DNA of 64,000 nt from the human T2T-CHM13v2.0 reference genome, Homo sapiens. The notes below the pieces were generated by a model that saw only the letters and a program-made list of their open reading frames with translations, was not told the origin of the DNA and did not search any database. Below, in pieces: positions 52,929 to 64,000 of this stretch; the first letter of the stretch is position 1, and every line of letters begins with the position of its first letter. The position numbers and the translations under genes were made by a program. The stretch is taken from the NCBI RefSeq assembly GCF_009914755.1, contig NC_060943.1; one strand, 5' to 3'.

Positions 52929-55900
52929 TGCTAGACAGAAGAATTCTCAGTAACTGCCTTGTGTTGTGTGTATTCAACTCACAGAGTTGAACGATCCTTT
53001 ACACAGAGCAGACTTGAAACACTCTTTTTGTGGAATTTGCAAGTGGAGATTTCAGCCGCTTTGAGGTCAATGGTAGAATAGGAAATATCTTCCTATAGAA
53101 ACTAGACAGAATGATTCTCAGAAACTCCTTTGTGATGTGTGCGTTCAACTCACAGAGTTTAACCTTTCTTTTCATAGAGCAGTTAGGAAACACTCTGTTT
53201 GTAAAGTCTGCAAGTGGATATTCAGACATCCTTGAGGCTTTCGTTGGAAACGGGATTTCTTCATATTCTGCTAGAAAGAAGAATTCTCAGTAACTTCCTT
53301 GTGTTGTGTGTATTCAACTCACAGAGTTGAACGATCCTTTACACAGAGCAGACTTGAAACACTCTTTTTGTGGAATTTGCAAGTGGAGATTTCAGCCGCT
53401 TTGAGTTCAATGGTAGAATAGGAAATATCTTCCTATAGAAACTAGACAGAATGATTCTCAGAAACTCCTTTGTGATGTGTGCGTTCAACTCACAGAGTTT
53501 AATCTTTCTTTTCATAGAGCAGTTAGGAAACACTCTGTTTGTAAAGTCTGCAAGTGGATATCCAGACCTCCTTGAGGCCTTCGTTGGAAACGGGATTTCT
53601 TCATATTATGCTAGACAGAAGAATTCTCAGTAACTTCCTTGTGTTTTGTGTATTCAACTCACAGAGTTGAACGATCCTTTACACAGAGCAGACTTGAAAC
53701 ACTCTTTTTGTGGAATTTGCAAGTGGAGATTTCAGCCGCTGTGAGTTCAATGGTAGAATAGGAAATATCTTCCTATAGAAACTAGACAGAATGATTCTCA
53801 GAAACTCCTTTGTGATGTGTGCGTTCAACTCACAGAGTTCAACCTTTCTTTTCATAGAGCAGTTGGGAAACACTCTGTTTGTAAAGTCTGCAAGTGGATA
53901 TTCAGACTTCTTTGAGGCCTTCGTTGGAAGCGGGATTTCTTCATATTCTGCTAGACAGAAGAATTCTCAGTAACTGCCTTGTGTTGTGTGTATTCAACTC
54001 ACAGAGTTGAACGATCCTTTACACAGAGCAGACTTGAAACACTCTTTTTGTGGAATTTGCAAGTGGAGATTTCAGCCGCTTTGAGGTCAATGGTAGAATA
54101 GGAAATATCTTCCTATAGAAACTAGACAAAATGATTCTCAGAAACTCCTTTGTGATGTGTGCGTTCAACTCACAGAGTTTAACCTTTCTTTTCATAGAGC
54201 AGTTAGGAAACACTCTGTTTGTAAAGTCTGCAAGTGGATATTCAGACCTCCTTGAGGCCTTCGTTGGAAACGGGATTTCTTCATATTATGCTAGACAGAA
54301 GAATTCTCAGTAACTTCCTTGTGTTGTGTGTATTCAACTCACAGAGTTGAACGATCCTTTACACAGAGCAGACTTGAAACACTCTTTTTGTGGAATTTGC
54401 AAGTGGAGATTTCAGCCGCTTTGAGGTCAATGGTAGAATAGGAAATATCTTCCTATAGAAACTAGACAGAATGATTCTCAGAAACTCCTTTGTGATGTGT
54501 GCGTTCAACTCACAGAGTTCAACCTTTCTTTTCATAGAGCAGTTGGGAAACACTCTGTTTGTAAAGTCTGCAAGTGGATATTCAGACTTCTTTGAGGCCT
54601 TCGTTGGAAGCGGGATTTCTTCATATTCTGCTAGACAGAAGAATTCTCAGTAACTGCCTTGTGTTGTGTGTATTCAACTCACAGAGTTGAACGATCCTTT
54701 ACACAGAGCAGACTTGAAACACTCTTTTTGTGGAATTTGCAAGTGGAGATTTCAGCCGCTTTGAGGTCAATGGTAGAATAGGAAATATCTTCCTATAGAA
54801 ACTAGACAGAATGATTCTCAGAAACTCCTTTGTGATGTGTGCGTTCAACTCACAGAGTTTAACCTTTCTTTTCATAGAGCAGTTAGGAAACACTCTGTTT
54901 GTAAAGTCTGCAAGTGGATATTCAGACATCCTTAAGGCTTTCGTTGGAAACGGGATTTCTTCATATTCTGCTAGAAAGAAGAATTCTCAGTAACTTCCTT
55001 GTGTTGTGTGTATTCAACTCACAGAGTTGAACGATCCTTTACACAGAGCAGACTTGAAACACTCTTTTTGTGGAATTTGCAAGTGGAGATTTCAGCCGCT
55101 TTGAGTTCAATGGTAGAATAGGAAATATCTTCCTATAGAAACTAGACAGAATGATTCTCAGAAACTCCTTTGTGATGTGTGCGTTCAACTCACAGAGTTT
55201 AACCTTTCTTTTCATAGAGCAGTTGGGAAACACTCTGTTTGTAAAGTCTGCAAGTAGATATTCAGACATCCTTGAGGCTTTCGTTGGAAACGGGATTTCT
55301 TCATATTCTGCTAGAAAGAAGAATTCTCAGTAACTTCCTTGTGTTGTGTGTATTCAACTCACAGAGTTGAACGATCCTTTACACAGAGCAGACTTGAAAC
55401 ACTCTTTTTGTGGAATTTGCAAGTGGAGATTTCAGCCGCTTTGAGGTCAATGGTAGAATAGGAAATATCTTCCTATAGAAACTAGACAGAATGATTCTCA
55501 GAAACTCCTTTGTGATGTGTGCGTTCAACTCACAGAGTTTAACCTTTCTTTTCATAGAGCAGTTGGGAAACACTCTGTTTGTAAAGTCTGCAAGTGGATA
55601 TTCAGACATCCTTGAGGCTTTCGTTGGAAAAGGGATTTCTTCATATTCTGCTAGAAAGAAGAATTCTCAGTAACTTCCTTGTGTTGTGTGTATTCAACTC
55701 ACAGAGTTGAACGATCCTTTACACAGAGCAGACTTGAAACACTCTTTTTGTGGAATTTGCAAGTGGAGATTTCAGCCGCTTTGAGGTCAATGGTAGAATA
55801 GGAAATATCTTCCTATAGAAAGTAGACAGAATGATTCTCAGAAACTCCTTTGTGATGTGTGCGTTCAACTCACAGAGTTTAACCTTTCTTTTCATAGAGC

Positions 55901-58900
55901 AGTTAGGAAACACTCTGTTTGTAAAGTCTGCAAGTGGATATTCAGACCTCCTTGAGGCCTTCGTTGGAAGCGGGATTTCTTCATGTTCTGCTAGACAGAA
56001 GAATTCTCAGAAACTTCCTTGTGTTGTGTGTTTTCAACTCACAGAGTTGAACGATCCTTTACACAGAGCAGACTTGAAACACTCCTTTTGTGGAATTTGC
56101 AAGTGGAGATTTCAGCCGCTTTGAGGTCAATGGTAGAACAGGAAATATCTTCCTATAGAAACTAGACAGAATGATTCTGAGAAATCCTTTGTGATGTGTG
56201 CGTTCAACTCACAGAGTTTAACCTTTCTTTTCATAGAGCAGTTAGGAAACACTCTGTTTGTAAAGTCTGCAAGTGGATATTCAGACCTCCTTGAGGCCTT
56301 CGTTGGAAACGGGATTTCTTCATATTATGCTAGAAAGAGGAATTCTCAGGAACTTCCTTGTGTTGTGTGTATTCAACTCACAGAGTTGAACGATCCTTTA
56401 CACAGAGCAGACTTGAAACACTCTTTTTGTGGAATTTGCAAGTGGAGATTTCAGCCGCTTTGAGTTCAATGGTAGAATAGGAAATATCTTCCTATAGAAA
56501 CTACACAGAATGATTCTCAGAAACTGCTTTGTGATGTGTGCGTTCAACTCACAGAGTTCAACCTTTCTTTTCATAGAGCAGTTGGGAAACACTCTGTTTG
56601 TAAAGTCTGCAAGTGGATATTCAGACTTCTTTGAGGCCTTCGTTGGAAGCGGGATTTCTTCATATTCTGCTAGACAGAAGAATTCTCAGTAACTTCCTTG
56701 TGTTGTGTGTATTCAACTCACAGAGTTGAACGATCCTTTACACAGAGCAGACTTGAAACACTCTTTTTGTGGAATTTGCAAGTGGAGATTTCAGCCGCTT
56801 TGAGGTCAATGGTAGAATAGGAAATATCTTCCTTTAGAAACTAGACAGAATGATTCTCAGAAACTCCTTTGTGATGTGTGCGTTCAACTCACAGAATTCA
56901 ACCTTTCTTTTCATAGAGCAGTTGGGAAACACTCTGTTTGTAAAGTCTGCAAGTGGATATTCAGACTTCTTTGAGGCCTTCGTTGGAAGCGGGATTTCTT
57001 CATGTTCTGCTAGACAGAAGAATTCTCAGAAACTTCCTTGTGTTGTGTGTTTTCAACTCACAGAGTTGAACGATCCTTTACACAGAGCAGACTTGAAACA
57101 CTCCTTTTGTGGAATTTGCAAGTGGAGATTTCAGCCGCTTTGAGGTCAATGGTAGAATAGGAAATATCTTCCTATAGAAAGTAGACAGAATGATTCTCAG
57201 AAACTCCTTTGTGATGTGTGCGTTCAACTCACAGAGTTTAACCTTTCTTTTCATAGAGCAGTTAGGAAACACTCTGTTTGTAAAGTCTGCAAGTGGATAT
57301 TCAGACCTCCTTGAGGCCTTCGTTGGAAACAGGATTTCTTCATATTCTGCTAGACAGAAGAATTCTCAGTAACTTCCTTGTGTTGTGTGGATTCAACTCA
57401 CAGAGTTGAACGATCCTTTACACAGAGCAGACTTGAAACACTCTTTTTGTGGAATTTGCAAGTGGAGATTTCAGCCGCTTTGGGTTCAATGGTAGAATAG
57501 GAAATATCTTCCTATAGAAACTAGACAGAATGATTCTCAGAAACTCCTTTGTGATGTGTGCGTTCAACTCACAGAGTTCAACCTTTCTTTTCATAGAGCA
57601 GTTGGGAAACACTCTGTTTGTAAAGTCTGCAAGTGGATATTCAGACTTCTTTGAGGCCTTCGTTGGAAGCGGGATTTCTTCATATTCTGCTAGACAGAAG
57701 AATTCTCAGTAACTGCCTTGTGTTGTGTGTATTCAACTCACAGAGTTGAACGATCCTTTACACAGAGCAGACTTGAAACACTCTTTTTGTGGAATTTGCA
57801 AGTGGAGATTTCAGCCGCTTTGAGGTCAATGGTAGAATAGGAAATATCTTCCTATAGAAACAAGACAGAATGATTCTCAGAAACTCCTTTGTGATGTGTG
57901 CGTTCAACTCACAGAGTTCAACCTTTCTTTTCATAGAGCAGTTGGGAAACACTCTGTTTGTAAAGTCTGCAAGTGGATATTCAGACTTCTTTGAGGCCTT
58001 CGTTGGAAGCGGGATTTCTTCATATTCTGCTAGACAGAAGAATTCTCAGTAACTGCCTTGTGTTGTGTGTATTCAACTCACAGAGTTGAACGATCCTTTA
58101 CACAGAGCAGACTTGAAACACTCTTTTTGTGGAATTTGCAAGTGGAGATTTCAGCCGCTTTGAGGTCAATGGTAGAATAGGAAATATCTTCCTATAGAAA
58201 CTAGACAGAATGATTCTCAGAAACTCCTTTGTGATGTGTGCGTTCAACTCACAGAGTTTAACCTTTCTTTTCATAGAGCAGTTGGGAAACACTCTGTTTG
58301 TAAAGTCTGCAAGTGGATATTCAGACATCCTTGAGGCTTTCGTTGGAAACGGGATTTCTTCATATTCTGCTAGACAGAAGAATTCTCAGTAACTTCCTTG
58401 TGTTGTGTGTATTCAACTCACAGAGTTGAACGATCCTTTACACAGAGCAGACTTGAAACACTCTTTTTGTGGAATTTGCAAGTGGAGATTTCAGCCGCTT
58501 TGAGGTCAATGGTAGAATAGGAAATATCTTCCTATAGAAACTAGACAGAATGATTCTCAGAAACTCCTTTGTGATGTGTGCGTTCAACTCACAGAGTTTA
58601 ACCTTTCTTTTCATAGAGCAGTTGGGAAACACTCTGTTTGTAAAGTCTGCAAGTGGATATTCAGACATCCTTGAGGCTTTCGTTGGAAAAGGGATTTCTT
58701 CATATTCTGCTAGAAAGAAGAATTCTCAGTAACTTCCTTGTGTTGTGTGTATTCAACTCACAGAGTTGAACGATCCTTTACACAGAGCAGACTTGAAACA
58801 CTCTTTTTGTGGAATTTGCAAGTGGAGATTTCAGCCGCTTTGAGGTCAATGGTAGAATAGGAAATATCTTCCTATAGAAACTAGACAGAATGATTCTCAG

Positions 58901-61900
58901 AAACTCCTTTGTGATGTGTGCGTTCAACTCACAGAGTTTAACCTTTCTTTTCATAGAGCAGTTAGGAAACACTCTGTTTGTAAAGTCTGCAAGTGGATAT
59001 TCAGACCTCCTTGAGGCCTTCGTTGGAAACGGGATTTCTTCATATTATGCTAGACAGAAGAATTCTCAGTAACTTCCTTGTGTTGTGTGTATTCAACTCA
59101 CAGAGTTGAACGATCCTTTACACAGAGCAGACTTGAAACACTCTTTTTGTGGAATTTGCAAGTGGAGATTTCAGCCGCTTTGAGTTCAATGGTAGAATAG
59201 GAAATATCTTCCTATAGAAACTAGACAGAATGATTCTCAGAAACTCCTTTGTGATGTGTGCGTTCAACTCAGAGAGTTCAACCTTTCTTTTCATAGAGCA
59301 GTTGGGAAACACTCTGTTTGTAAAGTCTGCAAGTGGATATTCAGACTTCTTTGAGGCCTTCGTTGGAAGCGGGATTTCTTCATGTTCTGCTAGACAGAAG
59401 AATTCTCAGAAACTTCCTTGTGTTGTGTGTTTTCAACTCACAGAGTTGAACGATCCTTTACACAGAGCAGACTTGAAACACTCCTTTTGTGGAATTTGCA
59501 AGTGGAGATTTCAGCCGCTTTGAGGTCAATGGTAGAATAGGAAATATCTTCCTATAGAAAGTAGACAGAATGATTCTCAGAAACTCCTTTGTGATGTGTG
59601 CGTTCAACTCACAGAGTTTAACCTTTCTTTTCATAGAGCAGTTAGGAAACACTCTGTTTGTAAAGTCTGCAAGTGGATATTCAGACCTCCTTGAGGCCTT
59701 CGTTGGAAACGGGATTTCTTCATATTTTGCTAGACAGAAGAATTCTCAGTAACTTCCTTGTGTTGTGTGTATTCAACTCACAGAGTTGAACGATCCTTTA
59801 CACAGAGAAGACTTGAAACACTCTTTTTGTGGAATTTGCAAGTGGAGATTTCAGCCGCTGTGAGTTCAATGGTAGAATAGGAAATATCTTCCTATAGAAA
59901 CTAGACAGAATGATTCTCAGAAACTCCTTTGTGATGTGTGCGTTCAACTCACAGAGTTCAACCTTTCTTTTCATACAGCAGTTGGGAAACACTCTGTTTG
60001 TAAAGTCTGCAAGTGGATATTCAGACCTCCTTGAGGCCTTCGTTGGAAACGGGATTTCTTCATATTCTGCTAGACAGAAGAATTCGCAGTAACTTCCTTG
60101 TGTTGTGTGTATTCAACTCACAGAGTTGAACGATCCTTTACACAGAGCAGACTTGAAACACTCTTTTTGTGGAATTTGCAAGTGGAGATTTCAGCCGCTT
60201 TGAGTTCAATGGTAGAATAGGAAATATCTTCCTATAGAAACTAGACAGAATGATTCTCAGAAACTCCTTTGTGATGTGTGCGTTCAACTCACAGAGTTCA
60301 ACCTTTCTTTTCATAGAGCAGTTGGGAAACACTCTGTTTGTAAAGTCTGCAAGTGGATATTCAGACTTCTTTGAGGCCTTCGTTGGAAGCGGGATTTCTT
60401 CATATTCTGCTAGACAGAAGAATTCTCAGTAACTTCCTTGTGTTGTGTGTATTCAACTCACAGAGTTGAACGATCCTTTACACAGAGCAGACTTGAAACA
60501 CTCTTTTTGTGGAATTTGCAAGTGGAGATTTCAGCCGCTTTGAGTTCAATGGTAGAATAGGAAATATCTTCCTATAGAAACTAGACAGAATGATTCTCAG
60601 AAACTCCTTTGTGATGTGTGCGTTCAACTCAGAGAGTTCAACCTTTCTTTTCATAGAGCAGTTGGGAAACACTCTGTTTGTAAAGTCTGCAAGTGGATAT
60701 TCAGACTTCTTTGAGGCCTTCGTTGGAAGCGGGATTTCTTCATGTTCTGCTAGACAGAAGAATTCTCAGAAACTTCCTTGTGTTGTGTGTTTTCAACTCA
60801 CAGAGTTGAACGATCCTTTACACAGAGCAGACTTGAAACACTCCTTTTGTGGAATTTGCAAGTGGAGATTTCAGCCGCTTTGAGGTCAATGGTAGAATAG
60901 GAAATATCTTCCTATAGAAAGTAGACAGAATGATTCTCAGAAACTCCTTTGTGATGTGTGCGTTCAACTCACAGAGTTTAACCTTTCTTTTCATAGAGCA
61001 GTTAGGAAACACTCTGTTTGTAAAGTCTGCAAGTGGATATTCAGACCTCCTTGAGGCCTTCGTTGGAAACGGGATTTCTTCATATTTTGCTAGACAGAAG
61101 AATTCTCAGTAACTTCCTTGTGTTGTGTGTATTCAACTCACAGAGTTGAACGATCCTTTACACAGAGAAGACTTGAAACACTCTTTTTGTGGAATTTGCA
61201 AGTGGAGATTTCAGCCGCTGTGAGTTCAATGGTAGAATAGGAAATATCTTCCTATAGAAACTAGACAGAATGATTCTCAGAAACTCCTTTGTGATGTGTG
61301 CGTTCAACTCACAGAGTTCAACCTTTCTTTTCATAGAGCAGTTGGGAAACACTCTGTTTGTAAAGTCTGCAAGTGGATATTCAGACCTCCTTGAGGCCTT
61401 CGTTGGAAACGGGATTTCTTCATATTCTGCTAGACAGAAGAATTCGCAGTAACTTCCTTGTGTTGTGTGTATTCAACTCACAGAGTTGAACGATCCTTTA
61501 CACAGAGCAGACTTGAAACACTCTTTTTGTGGAATTTGCAAGTGGAGATTTCAGCCGCTTTGAGTTCAATGGTAGAATAGGAAATATCTTCCTATAGAAA
61601 CTAGACAGAATGATTCTCAGAAACTCCTTTGTGATGTGTGCGTTCAACTCACAGAGTTCAACCTTTCTTTTCATAGAGCAGTTGGGAAACACTCTGTTTG
61701 TAAAGTCTGCAAGTGGATATTCAGACTTCTTTGAGGCCTTCGTTGGAAGCGGGATTTCTTCATATTCTGCTAGACAGAAGAATTCTCAGTAACTTCCTTG
61801 TGTTGTGTGTATTCAACTCACAGAGTTGAACGATCCTTTACACAGAGCAGACTTGAAACACTCTTTTTGTGGAATTTGCAAGTGGAGATTTCAGCCGCTT

Positions 61901-64000
61901 TGAGGTCAATGGTAGAATAGGAAATATCTTCCTATAGAAACTAGACAGAATGATTCTCAGAAACTCCTTTGTGATGTGTGCGTTCAACTCACAGAGTTTA
62001 ACCTTTCTTTTCATAGAGCAGTTGGGAAACACTCTGTTTGTAAAGTCTGCAAGTGGATATTCAGACATCCTTGAGGCTTTCGTTGGAAAAGGGATTTCTT
62101 CATATTCTGCTAGAAAGAAGAATTCTCAGTAACTTCCTTGTGTTGTGTGTATTCAACTCACAGAGTTGAACGATCCTTTACACAGAGCAGACTTGAAACA
62201 CTCTTTTTGTGGAATTTGCAAGTGGAGATTTCAGCCGCTTTGAGGTCAATGGTAGAATAGGAAATATCTTCCTATAGAAACTAGACAGAATGATTCTCAG
62301 AAACTCCTTTGTGATGTGTGCGTTCAACTCACAGAGTTTAACCTTTCTTTTCATAGAGCAGTTAGGAAACACTCTGTTTGTAAAGTCTGCAAGTGGATAT
62401 TCAGACCTCCTTGAGGCCTTCGTTGGAAACGGGATTTCTTCATATTATGCTAGACAGAAGAATTCTCAGTAACTTCCTTGTGTTGTGTGTATTCAACTCA
62501 CAGAGTCGAACGATCCTTTACACAGAGCAGACTTGAAACACTCTTTTTGTGGAATTTGCAAGTGGAGATTTCAGCCGCTTTGAGTTCAATGGTAGAATAG
62601 GAAATATCTTCCTATAGAAACTAGACAGAATGATTCTCAGAAACTCCTTTGTGATGTGTGCGTTCAACTCACAGAGTTTAACCTTTCTTTTCATAGAGCA
62701 GTTGGGAAACACTCTGTTTGTAAAGTCTGCAAGTAGATATTCAGACATCCTTGAGGCTTTCGTTGGAAACGGGATTTCTTCATATTCTGCTAGAAAGAAG
62801 AATTCTCAGTAACTTCCTTGTGTTGTGTGTATTCAACTCACAGAGTTGAACGATCCTTTACACAGAGCAGACTTGAAACACTCTTTTTGTGGAATTTGCA
62901 AGTGGAGATTTCAGCCGCTTTGAGGTCAATGGTAGAATAGGAAATATCTTCCTATAGAAACTAGACAGAATGATTCTCAGAAACTCCTTTGTGATGTGTG
63001 CGTTCAACTCACAGAGTTTAACCTTTCTTTTCATAGAGCAGTTGGGAAACACTCTGTTTGTAAAGTCTGCAAGTGGATATTCAGACATCCTTGAGGCTTT
63101 CGTTGGAAAAGGGATTTCTTCATATTCTGCTAGAAAGAAGAATTCTCAGTAACTTCCTTGTGTTGTGTGTATTCAACTCACAGAGTTGAACGATCCTTTA
63201 CACAGAGCAGACTTGAAACACTCTTTTTGTGGAATTTGCAAGTGGAGATTTCAGCCGCTTTGAGGTCAATGGTAGAATAGGAAATATCTTCCTATAGAAA
63301 GTAGACAGAATGATTCTCAGAAACTCCTTTGTGATGTGTGCGTTCAACTCACAGAGTTTAACCTTTCTTTTCATAGAGCAGTTAGGAAACACTCTGTTTG
63401 TAAAGTCTGCAAGTGGATATTCAGACCTCCTTGAGGCCTTCGTTGGAAGCGGGATTTCTTCATGTTCTGCTAGACAGAAGAATTCTCAGAAACTTCCTTG
63501 TGTTGTGTGTTTTCAACTCACAGAGTTGAACGATCCTTTACACAGAGCAGACTTGAAACACTCCTTTTGTGGAATTTGCAAGTGGAGATTTCAGCCGCTT
63601 TGAGGTCAATGGTAGAACAGGAAATATCTTCCTATAGAAACTAGACAGAATGATTCTGAGAAATCCTTTGTGATGTGTGCGTTCAACTCACAGAGTTTAA
63701 CCTTTCTTTTCATAGAGCAGTTAGGAAACACTCTGTTTGTAAAGTCTGCAAGTGGATATTCAGACCTCCTTGAGGCCTTCGTTGGAAACGGGATTTCTTC
63801 ATATTATGCTAGAAAGAGGAATTCTCAGGAACTTCCTTGTGTTGTGTGTATTCAACTCACAGAGTTGAACGATCCTTTACACAGAGCAGACTTGAAACAC
63901 TCTTTTTGTGGAATTTGCAAGTGGAGATTTCAGCCGCTTTGAGTTCAATGGTAGAATAGGAAATATCTTCCTATAGAAACTACACAGAATGATTCTCAGA

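Larger units (their letters stand above)
44202..61794 (+). repeat. Tandem duplication of a 25/26-dimer unit (offset 8,499 then 8,839 bp)
   Basis: Dimers 44612-46652 match 53111-55151 (offset 8,499). After one extra dimer at 55491, dimers 46992-52771 match 55831-61610 (offset 8,839). Shared markers include CTTAAGG, AAGTAGA, AGAACAGG, CAGAATTC, AAACAGG, TTGGGTT and AACAAGA. Confidence 0.92.
1..64000 (+). repeat. Centromeric alpha-satellite array, SF1 (J1/J2) 340-bp dimer type, most likely the active D1Z7/D5Z2/D19Z3 (S1C1/5/19H1L) higher-order repeat
   Basis: A 340-bp periodicity runs throughout (repeated ORF starts at 104, 444, ... 63310). A-box to B-box spacing is 171 bp (61->232) and B-box to A-box 169 bp (232->401). 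Alphoid hallmarks include GATTCTCAGAAACT, TTCAACTCACAGAGTT and GGAAACACTCT. A CENP-B box sits in every second monomer, with one GAATTC per dimer. Family assignment is from recognition of the consensus; the chromosome cannot be fixed by eye. Confidence 0.97.

Noticed and set aside
104-63942. Hundreds of 60-97 aa ORFs on both strands (MILRNSFVM..., MFPNCSMKR...)
   Set aside because: They are translations of the satellite recurring every 340 bp. Length changes follow single SNVs (TAA>AAA/GAA) and frameshifts, most starts are non-ATG or lack context, and there is no recognisable domain. Similar database 'proteins' would be spurious alphoid translations.
1-64000. CRISPR-like or diversity-generating cassette array
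   Set aside because: There are no unique spacers and no cas, recombinase or reverse-transcriptase genes. Variation is scattered SNVs inherited through duplications.
1-64000. L1/Alu insertion, inversion or array edge
   Set aside because: The 340-bp phase is kept end to end and every box is on the + strand. There is no poly(A), target-site duplication or non-alphoid sequence.
1-64000. L/F/I order as a purposeful code
   Set aside because: The order is explained by nested duplications and deletions of whole dimers; there is no independent evidence that it is read.

Overview
The whole 64 kb is one uninterrupted, single-orientation array of primate (almost certainly human) centromeric alpha-satellite DNA. 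It is built from a 340-bp dimer (171+169 bp). One monomer carries a CENP-B box and the other an A-box/pJalpha-type site, with one EcoRI site per dimer. This matches suprachromosomal family 1 (J1/J2), most likely the live D1Z7/D5Z2/D19Z3 (S1C1/5/19H1L) array. There are 188 dimers. I see no genes, RNA genes, transposon insertions, inversions or CRISPR; all listed ORFs are translations of the satellite. I found no new protein-coding system. The information lies in the variant pattern. Three dimer classes (here L, F, I) are arranged irregularly, and there is a cryptic 19-dimer super-unit. Recent tandem duplications are nested (10,530; 8,499/8,839; 2,716; 2,380; 1,360; 340 bp), and two variant lineages meet in a mutation-rich seam at about 35-40 kb. 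Broken CENP-B boxes occur only right of 37 kb, and all indels are deletions. All comparisons were made by eye with the ORF track as a barcode, so counts are approximate.
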